Positions 25,361-40,789 are shown, numbered from the stretch's first letter. The stretch is DNA of 64,000 nt from Eledone cirrhosa (GCA_964016885.1 OZ024742.1:54684001-54748000), one strand, 5' to 3'. Program-made: numbers and translations. Notes: a model not told the origin generated them from the letters alone.

Positions 25361-28300
25361 TTTTCAAGAACGGGACATGCTGGCTTTTTCAAGAACGGGA
25401 CATGCTGGCATGGAGAGACAGGGATGGGATGCAGATTCGCCCACCCTAGGTCTCAAACGAACTATGCCCATCCTACTCGCGCAACATGCCCCAGCCAAAG
25501 CCGAAATAAGCCGCTCCAGAAGTATGCTGATGTCGCGCGCGCCGCAACAACAAGGAGAAGGCACGCACATGCCGACGAGATACAGATGGCAGCCGGAGAG
25601 CAGAAACATTTTTAGTGTTGGCAGAGAAGATTGTGGGACAGCTGACCTGGCTGCATCTTCTCCTGAGCCAAGGTCATCCACACCAGCACTCAAGACCATC
25701 ACAGTTAAGGGACCCAGAGTGGCTGCTGCTGACACCAGACCAAGTGTCATACCGACAGCCATTACTGGCACCCCAAAAGTCACACCAGTGCTGCTGCTGA
25801 ATGTCAGAGGCCTGGTGAAACTCAGTAACATGAGTAAAATTTCCTACCTGGGAGACTTAGCCATAAGCAATCAAGCACTATGCATGGCACTAACCGAAAC
25901 GCATCTGACAAGCAGTATAGCAGATGCAGAAATAGATACACCGAAATATACTGTATTTGGTTCGGACAGGAAGGAAAGAACTCATGGTGGAGTTGCTCTG
26001 TATATCCGTGAAGATGTCACAGCAATTGTACTGTTGACAAATTCAAACTCAGTCTGTGACACACTGATAATACATATGAAGCAACTACAGACAGTAATAT
26101 GAGTCACATATCGGCCGCCCGATGACCACAGTCATGAGGGTGAATTTGAGGATAGTTTAAGTAGGATAGAAGAGGTCCTTGACAAACTAGTCCAGGGTCT
26201 CAACATCCTACTGCTGGGAGACTTCAACCTACCAAAGGTCAAATGGCCTGAGGGCCACCTCCTCCCTGGAATGACGTCAATAGGACAGAGACAGACAGAA
26301 TCCCTGCTGGCCCTCACCTACAGGCTGTTCATGGAGCAAGCAATACTCCTCCCAACAAGAGGCGAAAATGTCCTGGACCTATGTTTTACAAACAACGAAG
26401 TGCTCATCCACAATGTAAAGGTGACACCAACAATTGTCTCGGATCATAACTTAGTAGAGATAATGATATGTGGTCCAAGTGAACCAATAGAGACAAAACC
26501 ATCAAGAACCTCCAGGACGCTATCCAGCCTTAACTTCTACAAGGCTAACTGGAAAACGATTAAGAGAGAAATAGGGAAGCAAACATGGAATGAAAACACC
26601 GCCACACAAGACACTAATACACAATTTCAACACTTCATGACAACGAAACACACTATATGCAAAAAGTTTGTCCCGGAGAAGGAGGCAAACAGACACAACA
26701 ATCTTATTCCCAGAGATAGGAAATTCCTTATGAGACGTAGAACTAAACTCTCAAACCAGTTGAATAGTCAACAAAACAAAAACAAGAAGGAATCCTCTTT
26801 GAAACGTGCACTACTTGACACCGAGATTGCATTCAAACTTTCCCATGAGAATGAGAGGGCAAAGAAAGAGAACAGGGCCATAGAAAACATTAAAACAAAC
26901 CCTAACGCCTTCTTTAAATTTGCAAAAGAAACTGCCTCAGTACACTGCAAGATTGGGCCACTCTTCCATACGGACGGTTCATTAACCGAAAACCCCCAAG
27001 AGATATGTGAAATACTGAACGAATAGTACAAAAGTGTGTTCACATGTCCACTGATGCACATGCAAATAACGAAGCCAGAGGAGTTCTTTGATGCCACAAC
27101 ACTACATGAAGAAATGGCAACCATCAAGCACATAGACATAACGGAGGAGGATGTGGTGTACGCCATTGATGAAATTAGAACAGACTCGGCTGCTGGACCT
27201 GATGGATTCCCAGCAGTTCTCTTAAAAATATGTAAGCGGGCCTTAGCAACTCCACTGAAGATGCTCTTCAGAAGCTCCTTGGCTAGCGGTGTACTACCCA
27301 GGGAGCTGAATGAAGGCACAATATGCCCTATCCGTAAAGGAGGTAGCAGAGCGGAGGCCAAAAACTATAGGCCTGTCTCCCTGACGTCGCATATCAGTAA
27401 GGTCATGGAGCGAGTCGTCAGAAAGAAACTGATCACTTTCCTCGAGGAAAATGACCGCCTGACTAGCACGCAACATGGCTTCCGCCCAGGAAGAAGCTGC
27501 CTTACACAGCTGCTACATCACTACGACTGGGTAATGATACAACTACTAGACAGCTCACATGTGGACGTGATATATCTTGACTTTGCGAAGGCCTTAGATA
27601 AGGTCGACCACGGAATGATATGTCACAAACTACACGGACTCAGCATAACTGGAAAAGTAAGTGAGTGGCTGCATGGCTTCCTAAGGGACAGAAGCCAGGC
27701 AGTCGCAGCAAATGGGGCCCTCTCAAAGGAAACATCAATAACAAGTGGGGTGCCCAAGGGGACAGTCCTGGGACCACTACTGTTTTGGGTGGCTCTTTCA
27801 GACATGACCTCTGCAGTACATACAGCAACATCCCTCACTAGCTATGCTGATGACACTAAGATAGCACAGGCAATCAAAAACCCGGCTGACGCTGTCCTTT
27901 TACAGCAGGATCTGGATGCCATATACAAATGGGCGGAAGAAAACAACATGCAGTTTAATGCTGGTAAATTCCAAGCCCTACAATACAAACTCCAAACAAA
28001 CCTGCAAACACAAATATAGTGGAACACAACTACACGGGACCAGGACGGACTGATATTCCCGTGTCAAAATCGATACGAGACCTGGGCATAGACATGGGCG
28101 ATGATGCATCCTTTTCTTCACACATCATGAAAGTGGCGACAATGTTTCAGACGACTCGCTGGCTGGATGTAAAGGACTTTCCGGACAAGAGATCGAGACA
28201 CCATGTTGACACTATGGGGGACATTTGTCCTAAGCCGCCTGGACTACTGCTCCCAGGTGTGGTCACCCCATAGTGTCAAACTAACCACGGAAATTGAGGC

Positions 28301-28850
28301 AATCCAGCGAAGCTACACCAAGAGGATTGCCAAGATGAGGGAGACAAGCAACTGGGAGAGGCTAAAGGAACTGAACCTCTACTCCTTGGAGCGAAGACGG
28401 GAGAGATACGCAGTGATCTACATGTGCAAAATCCTGGAGGGACTAGCACCAAACTTTGGCATTGGGAGCTGGACCAACCGTCGAACAGGACGTCACTGTG
28501 TGGTGCCAAAGTTCCCGTCTTCCACATCTAGAATAAGGAGCAGGTATTGCAATAGCCTGGGATTCAAGGGCCCTCAACTCTTCAACAGGCTGCCGAGGGA
28601 TCTGAGAGACTTGCATGACTTGGAGTTGGATGTCTTCAAGAAACATCTCGACACCTTGTTATCCAGGATCCCGGATGAGCCCACAGCAAGACATGAGGGA
28701 CCCTAAGGGCAGCAGCAACAAACTCGCTCTTACACTAGTGGCCAACCTATATAAGCTGGAGATAAAATGTGTAGCAACAAGGGCGGTGCTCCAGCATGGC
28801 CTCAGCCGGATGGCTGAAACAGGTAAAAGAGTAGAAGAGTAAATGAGTCC
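25361..28850 (+). mobile_element. 5'-truncated CR1-group LINE: end of ORF1 (CCCH-like finger), ORF2 APE-RT, short 3' UTR
   Basis: FFKNGTCWHGETGMGCRFAHP; LNVRGL, LTETHL, SDH; NYRPVSL, YLDFAKALD, GVPKGTVLGP, YADD; SLERRRERY. Confidence 0.9.
25615..28706 (+). pseudogene. LINE ORF2 (AP endonuclease + reverse transcriptase), disrupted
   Basis: ORFs 25377-26102, 26271-27026, 27036-28019, 28019-28273 and 28203-28706 joined by stops/frameshifts. Confidence 0.9.
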
Positions 28851-28913
<63 letters not shown>

Positions 28914-29338
28914 ATAATATATATATATAATATATATATAATACATATATATATATAATATATATATAATATAGATATATATAATATATATATATATATA
29001 ATATTAATATATATATATATTTACATAATATATATATATATATATATAATATATATATATATAAAATATACATATATATAATATATACATTTATATATAT
29101 AATATATATATATTTTATATATATATATAACATATATGTTGGTATATATATATATATATATATAATATATATATATTTATATAATATATATATATATATA
29201 ATATATATATATAAAATATATATATATATAATATATATATATATATAATATATATATATATAATATATATATATATATATAATATATATATATATATAAA
29301 TAATATATATCTATATATATAATATTTATATATATATG

Positions 29339-29407
<69 letters not shown>

Positions 29408-29417
29408 TAAATATAAT

Positions 29418-29463
<46 letters not shown>

Positions 29464-29716
29464 ATATATATATATATATAATATCTATATATATAATATA
29501 TATAATATATATATATAATATATGTATATATACTATATGTATGTATATATATATATAAAATATATATATAATATATACATATATATAATATATATATATA
29601 TAAATATATATAATATATATATGTATATATATAATATATTTCTGCCTGACCGGCAACCGCTCTGTATAATCAGTTCCTGATTATTTACTAGAATTCTATA
29701 AGAATATAACATCAGT

Positions 29717-29811
29717 GATCTCAGTAGACAGGAGGGAGTAGTTAGCCTTGATAAGCATCAATAAATGCGAAACAAGGCCCTGTCGGCTAATCTCCCGTTG
29801 TTTGCTGAGAT
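29717..29811 (+). ncRNA. Type-I hammerhead, U3-A8 core, long extended stem I
   Basis: ttagcc-TTGATAA-gcat/caataa/atgc-GAAA-ca..tg-TC-ggctaa; outer pairing gggag/ctccc and gatctcagtagaca/tgtttgctgagatc. Confidence 0.75.
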
Positions 29812-29912
29812 CAAAGTAAGTGAGTTTGTCACTACTCTAAAACAATAGCATACGGTCTTCAAAATGCTTTTAATTATGCATAAAGTGTATTGCAAAATAC
29901 ATTTTATATACA

Positions 29913-30068
<156 letters not shown>

Positions 30069-30185
30069 TATATATATATATTTAATATATATTTAAAAGA
30101 ATAGAGGTGTAACATATATATATATATATATAATACATATATATATATATATATATAATATATATATATTATATATATAATATAT

Positions 30186-30217
<32 letters not shown>

Positions 30218-30286
30218 ATATATATATAATATATATATAATATATATATATATATCTATATCTATAATATATATATATGTAATATG

Positions 30287-30391
<105 letters not shown>

Positions 30392-30539
30392 TATATATAT
30401 ATATAATATATATGTAGGAGGTGAGTTTTATTGTAGTACAATAAAGCAATGCAGATATCGGATAAGAAGCACTCTACAGTTTGAAGGACTGGAGTATACA
30501 TACTATATAAGATCAAAAGATGGTTAAATGAGTTCCATG

Positions 30540-30610
30540 TATTTTATTATGCGCATTTCAAAAACAAATATCATAATGCAATAACATTTGTGTTTTCATC
30601 AGACAAAATA
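30540..30610 (-). ncRNA. Type-I hammerhead
   Basis: Minus: tattttgt-CTGATGA-aaacacaaat...atttgttttt-GAAA-tgcgca-TA-ataaaata. Confidence 0.8.
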
Positions 30611-30971
30611 TGAGGACATGATATGAAGGTTAAAAACATTTGTGGATAGTGCAGTTTTATATCAACATATGAAAACTAGTTTTAGATTGATGTGTGATAT
30701 TGGGGAATATCTTTTATTAGGGGGTGGTGGGTGGAAATGATGAAAAAGAGGAGGAGATGAGACTAAAACGTGGATGGGGAGGAGTATAATGAGGAAGGAT
30801 GAGATAGGAGGAGAGATGGCTGATAGAGAGAGAGAGATAGCTTTTATAACTGAGAAAAAATATATTGTTTTACATAGAGAGGTTGAAAACCGTTGGAAGA
30901 TAATGTATAAATTAAAATAATTTGAAAATTAACGAAGAGAAAAATAATGTAAAGTTAAGGTTTGTATATTG

Positions 30972-31140
30972 AAGGGTTTAATAAAATGTGCGATGAAAAG
31001 AAGTTGTTAATATATATTAAGAATAATATTTAAGGGTTTAATAATATGTGCGATGGAAAGAAAATGTTAATATGTATTAAGAATAATTTTAAGGGTTTAA
31101 TAATATATGCGATGGAAAGAAAAATGTTGATATGTATTAT
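30972..31140. repeat. ~59-bp tandem repeat (about 3 copies) within PLE UTR
   Basis: AAGGGTTTAATAA..TGTGCGATG.AAAGAA recurs at ~30972, 31032 and 31091. Confidence 0.75.
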
Positions 31141-32573
31141 TAAAAAAAACACAGAAGTAATGTAAGTAAGGATATATTGTGAGATGAGCATGAATAAGTT
31201 AGATGAAAGTGAGAAAAAAAATAATGAATAGATGATGAATAATCTAACGTCAAAAAAAATGTTTATGTTTACGAAGTATTTTTCAAGGTGATATAAAGTA
31301 AGAATATAGTGTATGTGTAATAATTGTTTCTATGTTAGGCACAGTGAGAAAAGGTACAGATTAGGGGTTAGAAATGAAAAGAAAAAGCAAAAGAAAAGAA
31401 AAAGGAAAAAGAAGAAAGAGAATTGATGAATAGGAATGATATAGAATATGATAAATAACTTTGAAATAAGGTAGAAAGATGGGTATATTTTTAAAGAAGT
31501 ATATATATATATATGTGCCTTTGAGAAAAGGATTCTGAATTGATAAAGTTTAGGATATTAGCTGTATACTTTATGGAAACTTCTGTGGAATTTATGCAAG
31601 CAGATAGAAAACAAGTCAGTGCGTCTATTTATTATAGAATCTAAATTAGATATAATGGTAAATTTTTCATTCAGACAGAGATTGCAAGTCTCTGATAGAG
31701 AACTGTTCAAGTATAAAGAAGCAGAGGAAACCTTCTTCCAAGAGATGTTATATTTAATATTTTTGTCTTTCAAGGACCATAATGAGTTCTGAGAGAGCTG
31801 TGTTGGTTCTTTTAAGTTTATATTTAAAAGACGAATGATGATTATAAAGACGAGCTTTAAAGGAGGTGGAAGTGGAGCCAAAATAGCTGAAGGAATTGGT
31901 GTCAGTTATAACTTTACATTCGTAAATTAAGTTTTTATCAAGACAATGGTTGTTGAGAGGACATTTATTTTTAGCAGGGCAATTGCAATTGCAATTAGAG
32001 AGATTATTAACGAGTGACCTAGTGTTATCTATAGAAGGAATTGGATTGGAGAAGTTATTTGCGATAGGTATCAACATTTTCTTTCCATCGCACATATTAT
32101 TAAACCCTTAAAATTATTCTTAATACATATTAACATTTTCTTTCCATCGCATATATTATTAAAACATTAAATATTATTCTTAATACATATTAACAATTTC
32201 TTTTCATCGCACATTTTATTAAACCCTTCAATATACAAACCTTAACTTTACATTATTTCTTTTAATTTATACATTATCTTCCAACGGTTTTTCAACCTCT
32301 CTATGTAAAACAATATATTTTTTCTCAGTTATAAAAGCTATCTCTCTCTCTCTATCAGCCATCTCTCCTCCTATCTCATCCTTCCTCATTATACTCACCC
32401 CCCTCCACTTTTTACTCTCATCTCCTCCTATTTTTCATCCTTTCCACCCCACCCCCCTCAAAAAACAAAACATTTTTTCCCCAATATCAGACATCAATCT
32501 AAAACTACTTTTCATGTGTTGATTTAAAACTGCACTATCCACAAGTGTTTTTAACCTTCATATCATGTCCTCA

Positions 32574-32644
32574 TATTTTGTCTGATGAAAACACAAATGT
32601 TATTGCATTATGATATTTGTTTTTGAAATGCGCATAATAAAATA
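32574..32644 (+). ncRNA. Type-I hammerhead (inverted copy of 30540-30610)
   Basis: CTGATGA at 32582, GAAA-TGCGCA-TA; palindrome ATGCGCAT. Confidence 0.8.
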
Positions 32645-32747
32645 CATGGAGCTCATTTAACCATCTTTTGATCTTATATATTATATAATATATATATATA
32701 TATATATAATATAAGCAAGAAGTATGGTAGGTCGTACGTAAATCGCG

Positions 32748-33314
32748 ATGATCACGCCTGACCTACCAAATATGCGACAGTACCTAGTTAAGTTCTATGC
32801 GTATAAGCCCGGTCCCACTAGGCAGCCTCCCGGCCGCTTGGAGGGACTTGCACCCCTGATTGAGGAGCATGACCCTATTAGGAAGTGTAATTGCCGACGG
32901 AAGGACAAATGCCCACTAGCTGGACACTGCCTTATTAAGAACGTAGTATATGCTTGTAACGTAACCACAGACACGTATACTAAGACGTATGTGGGGTCAA
33001 CCGCTAACCAGTTCAAGACGAGATTCAACGCCCACCAGAATAGCTTTCGAAATGAGAAGCGTAAAAATACCACGTCGTTAGCGGGACACGTACATAACTT
33101 AAAACAAGCAAAAACCCCCTACACACTAAGCAGGAGATGCCTTACTAAAGCTCCTCCATATAGCTCGTTGAGCAGGTTTTGTAGCCTGTGCCTAACTGAA
33201 TCTCATGCCATAGTATTCTCAGGACTTAACTTGCTCAACAGGAGGCCAGAAATCTTCTCGTCCTGCCCCCATACTATACTTAGCTCTTTATTTTTTTTCA
33301 GACCAGACACCTAA
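32748..33314 (+). pseudogene. PLE GIY-YIG endonuclease fragment (5'-truncated element)
   Basis: CNCRRKDKCPLAGHCLIKNVVYAC...YVGSTANQFKTRFNAH...CSLCLTE...LLNRRPE. Confidence 0.85.
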
Positions 33315-34541
33315 CCCTGACACCACCATGTCTCGCACATGGCTGCCCCGCTGGCGAATAGGGTGCTCTTGAGTAACCCCGGCCCCATTGATACCTCGGC
33401 TCCCCACTTGCCGATTGGGACTCTGGTGAGGAACAGTCGATCCTGTGTCCCACTTGCCAAAGTGGGATTGGTGGCAGCATTGTTGCTGGGCGCTCTGTGG
33501 GCCGCTGATGCCTGCAGTGTGGGATATTGCGAGTGCCTGGATCCACGCTGCCTGGTCTGAGGATGTACCGTCGGGGTTACATATCAACAAATTCGGGAAT
33601 TTACCCAAGGGAACAGTAGCGGAGCACATAATGTGGCGGCCGTTCCCTGCCTGTAACCAATCACCCCCACCCCTCCCCTAGTAAAGCCCCGCCCCAATAG
33701 CTCCCCTTCCCCATTCTCTCCCATTCATTTTTTTGAATTAGTTCTTTATTAATAAGGGGTTTTTTTTGAGTTAGTTCTTTATTAATAAGGATTTTTTTGT
33801 ATATTACCACGGTCGACACAATGGGTTTGGAGAGTTGACTCCCTTGATGTCTGACCACTCGATAAGTTAGGGGTTGTGCCCCTTGAACTGGGGTGTGTCT
33901 TGCTGGTCTACCTGCTGTCAGCCACTACCTGAGACTGGACATGGTCGTAGCCACAGGCCTGCGCGTGCGCGGCAGCATGGAGTATGTATTTTCTGTTAGT
34001 CACCCCGTGTGATATGATACCCCAATATTCCATGCAAGGAATTCACCGAAGCATGCAAGGGTAACCGGGAGATGACATGCGAATTTGAAAATACCACAAG
34101 AGAGATCCTTTGGATAGCGTAGACGCCGGACCATACCCGCAAATATCTGCATATATACTATACCGTGATCTGTCTTGAATATGCATGACTGACGGGATAT
34201 AGAAACAACATGGATAACACGACCACCATCTAAGCTAGAACCGACCCCTACGAATCACATAAGCAATAAACATAAAAGAATTACAACCCAAATTAAATAG
34301 AAAACATGAGTGGAACAGCAACATCACAACTTACAATTAAGGACAAAATGAAAACACACACGCACATAGAACAAACAACGAACCTGTAACATATAAATAA
34401 ATAAATAAATAAACGAATATAAACACACACAGAGACTCGGATGTGGCGCATGCGCAGAATGAGCACACAACACACACACAGAAACAAGATGGCGTAGGAC
34501 AGAACAAAGGAGAGGCACAAAAACAAAGAAAAGAATCCCCA

Positions 34542-34584
34542 GTCACTGAAGAGGTCACCGAATGTGTGACGAAAGAACTTCGAC
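34542..34584 (+). ncRNA. Probable minimal hammerhead (imperfect)
   Basis: gtca-CTGAAGA-g-gtcac/cgaatgt/gtgac-GAAA-gaac-TT-cgac; weak stem I. Confidence 0.45.
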
Positions 34585-34718
34585 AATATATAAACAACCA
34601 TCTGGTTGCGGATCCAACCAACCAACAGGAAATTTATAAATTTATTATAATAAATTGAAGTGAAAGCAACTGGTGCGTGTGTTTCTTATTGGCAACATGA
34701 CCCTCCCAAAGTATAACA

Positions 34719-34865
<147 letters not shown>

Positions 34866-35048
34866 CATATATATATAGTTAAAAGAATAGAGGTGTAACA
34901 CACAAGTTATTATATATTGGTAAACGGAATAGAAAATGCTGACAAATTGTTCACAGTTGAAAAATGGTTTAATTAGGAATAAAAGAGTATTAGTGATTGT
35001 ATGGGTTAGTATTCAGTTGTGGTTTTAAGTATTTTCTATTCCGTTTAC

Positions 35049-35213
<165 letters not shown>

Positions 35214-35360
35214 CATATATATATAGGAATAAATTATATATACATATATATATAGGAATAAATTATATATATAGAAATAATTAGGAATAAAAGAGTATTA
35301 GTGATTGTATGGGTTAGTATTCAGTTGTGGTTTTAAGTTGTGGTTTCTATTCCGTTTACC

Positions 35361-35440
<80 letters not shown>

Positions 35441-36396
35441 TATATAGTAGAATAATCGAGTATCGAAAAATCGGCGCACGAGTTCACGACAAACAAAATT
35501 CGATATGAGCGGCAGAGGGCTCAATAATTCAGATAAATCAGAGCTATAACTATCGTTAAAATACCGTCACACATAGAACAAGTCTATAATCAACCGTACG
35601 ACCGAAAGATTGCGATCTGGAAGATTCGGGACATTCAGAAAAAAATATCAAAAAATCAATAAATCAAATGAATGTATAAAGCATACGCGGACCCGCTAGA
35701 AAGATGGTAAATCTAGCTTCTTGGGTTTCTGTAAATCCTTAAACTGCCCTCTATCAGCTCACATACAAATATATGAGACTTCTAGAAGCCAGCGGACAGG
35801 AAAATTTACTTCCTCAACGAGCCTTTGTCCGAACGAATGAAAAGGCATAACCCAGGCCGAAGGAACGCACATGTAATTCAGCAAGGGAGACAACCTCTAC
35901 ATCCGCAAAAAATATTCGGGAAAATGTGGAAATACACATATCGAATAAGAGTGCTCAATAGACATGTTAAAATAAACAGGAGCTATTCATCATTTAATAG
36001 AATCGACAAAAAATGAACAATAAAATTAACTGGTCAATAGCTAGGTCTAGAGCTAAAAATAGTAGAATAATCGAGTATACATATATATATATATATTTCA
36101 AGAGTGACCAATCTTAAAGAGAGAGATGGAGATAGGAGAGGGGATATGAGAGGAGAGATTGGTGAATTAGTTAGAAGCCAAAGCGTAAAGGCATGTGCTC
36201 AATGTGCAATATGCAGTAGAAAGCAGCTAGGTGGCTGGGTTCATGCAGACGTTAGGTGCGCAGAGCTGGAAATATTCATTAGTTAAGCAAAGCAAAACCA
36301 CAAATTTCACAAGGAAGATATTATTGAAAGATTGGGAACATATTTTAGTTTGATGTAAGGAATGTAGAGAATAATAATAAAAATATTAATAATAAT

Positions 36397-36578
36397 TGTT
36401 TCTACTTTAGGCACAAGGCCAGCAAATTACCCAGTGCATTACTGGTACTTTATTTTATCGACCCCGTAAGGATGAAAGGCAAAGTCAACCTCGGCGGGAT
36501 TTGAACTCAGATCGTAAAGGGACGTAACTATGCTGGAAAGCATGGCGTCCGTACCTCTACCGATACTGCCAATCCACC
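36397..36578 (-). mobile_element. Full-length SINE family A with target-site duplication
   Basis: A box TGGCAGTATCGG, B box GTTCAAATCC; AAAAATATTAATAATAAT at both 36379-36396 and 36579-36596. Confidence 0.85.
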
Positions 36579-36603
36579 AAAAATATTAATAATAATAATG
36601 TCC

Positions 36604-36723
36604 GTTTACAATTGTTTCGCTACTCCATATAATATTTCTGGATCAGATAACTATATATCATAATTAATCTGGTTCAGTTGAAAATAATTAACATATTTAA
36701 AAGATAGAGCGGTTCATCGGAAC
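36604..36723 (-). ncRNA. Hammerhead-like fold, U4C core, long stem II, downstream of the 37.1-39.3 kb PLE ORF
   Basis: Minus: gtt-CCGATGA-acc-gct...agc-GAAA-caattg-TA-aac; only a 3-bp stem I. Confidence 0.45.
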
Positions 36724-37099
36724 TTCAAAGGAATATAAATTAAAATAATGAGAGAATGTTACATAATATAGTGTTCCATATATTGGTTTTTACTATGGTG
36801 TCTTGGTTGCATCAGTTATCAGCCATAATCAAGCAGTATTCATCTGTCGAGGCTGCATTGTGTGAGATCTGCCTATGGGTAACAATATGGCTGCCAAAGG
36901 ACATATTTACCTTACTAATTAGAGGGTGGTTTCAGGGGAAGTAACTCGTCGAGAAATTAGAAATTGTGGGTGTTTATAGTTAAGTGCTAATTTTAACATT
37001 TTTTTAATTGAGAGACAATGTAGGGGAGGTAACTTATAATTATCCAAGTTGTTCATAGCAATTTAACTTATTAGCTACAAGTAAAAATGGGGCTACATG

Positions 37100-39345
37100 T
37101 CTAAGTTGGGTCAAATATTCTATTGGCGAAGGAATTAGCCCTTCGATGTTGACAGCTAATAGTTACCTCTGTTCTATCGTTAATCCGCAGAGGTCGTGAT
37201 AGAGTTATGTAATATGCTTCTGTAATACAGAGATCACAAGATTTTCTTCGTCCATTGGGCCCCAGCCAGGATATCCGATTTTAGTGAGTGTTCAACGTTA
37301 TTTAATTTAAGGTTTTTAATTAGACTAGCTAGCGATGACGAACAACTGTTGCTAGGGTCTCGGAAGGAAAAAGAGTGCGCGTTATAGCGTACCTTAAAAG
37401 GGTTAGAGGTAGACCCGATATAAGATTTGGTATTCGAAGCAGTTTTAACCGTGCAGCTATAGACTATGTTGGGTGTCAGGCAGTGTCCATTTAATGGGCA
37501 TGCATTGGGGTAACGGCAGTTGCAATTGCTTCTGCGGTTAGTGAGAGTAGGGTAGTTTAACCTAAGCGGTAGGTCCGTGCTAGAAGGATTAGATGGGGGA
37601 GGTGTGCTACTAGAGTAATTATTGGTGTAGTGGCGTGGTGTATTTGATAGGGGTGGTGGTACCGCGGTGTGGGAGTTATACTTTCTTAGCTTATGATGGT
37701 TACTGAATGCGATGTGGCTAGCTAGGTTAGGTGTTGTGGAGAATGAGATTTTAATGTTATTTTTATTAAAGAGTATGTAATATCTATGGTTGGGGGGATG
37801 GTGTTTAGATAGGATAGAGTAGAAGCGTTTGGGGATATTAGTGGCTAGATTAGATGAGAATGGGGGGTTAAGCCAGATGATATTTCTAGGTCTATTCCTT
37901 CTAGGGCTTCTAGTGGAGTTGGTAGGAGCCTTCCTAGGGTTATTATTACCTGGGGATTTGTTATTTGTCATCCCATTTCTTATTCCTATTCTAGGGTTGA
38001 TTTTTAGTTTGCTACTTGGAGTGGGGAACAGAGCGCTGCCACCATTAAAGTTCCCTGTATAGGTGCTGTTACTGCTAAAATTCCGGCGAATCTGCCTATA
38101 TGTTAAGGTATTTTTAGTTCTAGTGTTAAGTTTATTATGGTGAATTGCTGTATTATGGCATTTAGGTATGTAATAAATTGATTGTTCATAACCAGATTCA
38201 GAAAGAGACTTATTATAATATTGTGCGTGGTTTATAAATATCTTCTCATTTGCTGATAGCATTGAGATCCTATAGGAGATAGATTTGATTACTGCTCTGA
38301 TGACTGCCGGTGGGTGGTTAGAGTGTGGGCTAATATATGTGAGTATTTCACCTGGTTTATGGTAAGGGTAATATAGGTTATTGTTGGAATTCAGGGTGAC
38401 TTCTAGGAAGTTTACTACTTTATGGTTCGGCTCGATGGTGATAGAAAGACCGTTATTTTTAAAGAATCTATGTAATTGTTTTTTTAGCAAATCGATTCCC
38501 CGATTAGGCAATTGTGGACTGCAAATAGGGCGTCGTCCTTGTATATTCCGCCTTGCAAGGGTTGGATTTCGGCTCTGATGTTACGTAATAGGTAAATCCC
38601 AACTAAATTGGTGATTTGTGCGGAGTCCCTTGAACCCATCGTAATGTCAAAGTTGTCTGTTCTATCTTTTCTAGTCCAGAGTGCTCCGTTGAATTCAATG
38701 ATAGTCTTCCTAACCATAAGTATGATGTTAATCTGATTATTGGTTATGTCCGAGTTGGTGCTGGCTAGGGCTAATGCTTTGTTGAGCAGTTCCGGGTTAT
38801 TGACGCGTAATAGCTGTCTATGTCAAATTGGATGAACCTCATAGATTGCTGGGACCTTAGATCGGAGAACCATCTAATGACTTGGCCGGTGTTGGACCAC
38901 AACCTGTAGGTGGTATCATCCCGTAGCCCAGGGATTATCCTATCAAGGATGTTCTTACTGATGCAGTCCAGGTCAGATGTGGTTGGGCTTAGGAGTCTAA
39001 TAGATGGGTTCTCTATAACGTTTGGCTTGTGGTACTTGAGAGAGAACCTTGGGGTTGTTGGTACATAAGAGTGGGTAAATCTATTCAGATGCAAGTCCTT
39101 AACCAAAGCCTGGGCTTTTCGGTTAAGTACGTTTACACTGGAGGGTATAGTCTTTTTTTATAGTTTTTATTGAGTTCTTTAAGAAGGAAAGAGTTGTAAG
39201 TTTCAGGAGTCATGGTGTATAGAATTTTAGTTTTGTCAGACATAACATGTAAGAGGTGGCTATCTTTAAATTTTTTTATAGTTGTTGCTAATTTAGTGGG
39301 GAAGTTATTCTTGTGTCTATAATGCATTTTGAATTTAATGTTTAA
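37100..39345 (-). mobile_element. Penelope-like element (Neptune-type) RT-GIY-YIG, frameshifted
   Basis: SDKT, KYHK, FIQFDI, GSRDS, IYKDD, SNHPP, WLNPP, CNCRYPNACPLNGHCL, YIGST. Confidence 0.9.
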
Positions 39346-39926
39346 CTAATGAATATATATATTTATTTAAAGTTAATATGTAGCAAGGAAATAATTATAT
39401 GATTGGGAGATCATTAATAAAATATGACGAAGTAATAACATTTGAAATATTTGGATAATATTTATGAAATATATCTAAACAGACGAAACTAGTGATATAT
39501 ATATATATGGGTAAATATATTTAAGTCGTTTGGAAGCCTCGACAATGCAAATGGGTAAATCAGATATTCAAAACAACAAACAGCGGAGGACGCGTTTCGC
39601 ACCTTTCCGACAGACAACCTTTCCTCCACCCCGGAAAAAACCCCAGTTGATGGATGTGAATCCGAAATATATAGGGACAATTAAATCTCTCCCAAGGTAA
39701 CTCTCTCTCGTGTTCTTATTTTTATTTTATCCTTTATACTCTTTCCTTCATTATTCTACACGTCTTATACACACCACGCATCTCAACGTACACCCACTTA
39801 CATCTCTCTCTCCACCACCGGATCTTGTTACCCGGAGATATACCCATTTGCATTGTCGAGGCTTCCAAACGACCTAAAGATATTTATCTATTATTCCACA
39901 ATGCTTCAAGCAAACTTCAATACTCT

Positions 39927-40162
<236 letters not shown>

Positions 40163-40169
40163 AATATAT

Positions 40170-40272
<103 letters not shown>

Positions 40273-40381
40273 TATATCCAAAATTAAGATAATCAAAATA
40301 ATGGGTGTCATGCCAGAAAGACATGCGCCATATCACCCGCAAAATAAGCTCTAAGATTCTAACGAATAGGTCCGAGCATTT

Positions 40382-40747
40382 TATAATAACTAGAAATTGA
40401 TTAACATATAAATAAACATGAATAATCACAGGAGATAATTTTTACAAGTGTGTAAGCACACATAGCTAGGTAGGTAACTAAATAAAGTTAACCAGAACTT
40501 CAAAAATAGATACCTTATAATATGATTAATCTTCCCTGTATATATTCCATTAAAGAAATATATTTCACCAATTAATCGATGGAATATATACAGGGAAGAT
40601 TAATCATATTATAAGGTATCTATTTTTGAAGTTCTGGTTAACTTTATTTAGTTACCTACCTAGCTATGTGTGGTTACACACTTGTAAAAATTATCTCCTG
40701 TGATTATTCATGTTTATTTATATGTTAATCAATTTCTAGTTATTATA
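40382..40747. repeat. Near-perfect hairpin, ~169-bp arms, ~28-nt loop
   Basis: 40382-40550 is the reverse complement of 40579-40747; one mismatch seen. Confidence 0.9.
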
Positions 40748-40789
40748 TATATATATATATATTTATAATATATATATATGTATATATAT

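Larger units (their letters stand above)
30504..32680 (-). mobile_element. Fold-back PLE: GIY-YIG fragment (31558-32060) between ~610-bp inverted arms
   Basis: CNCNCPAKNKCPLNNHCL..IYEC..YFGST..FKARLYNH; 30504-31132 is the reverse complement of 32069-32680. Confidence 0.85.

Noticed and set aside
33288-33681. GC-rich overlapping ORFs after the GIY-YIG fragment
   Set aside because: No recognisable motifs; most simply PLE 3' UTR
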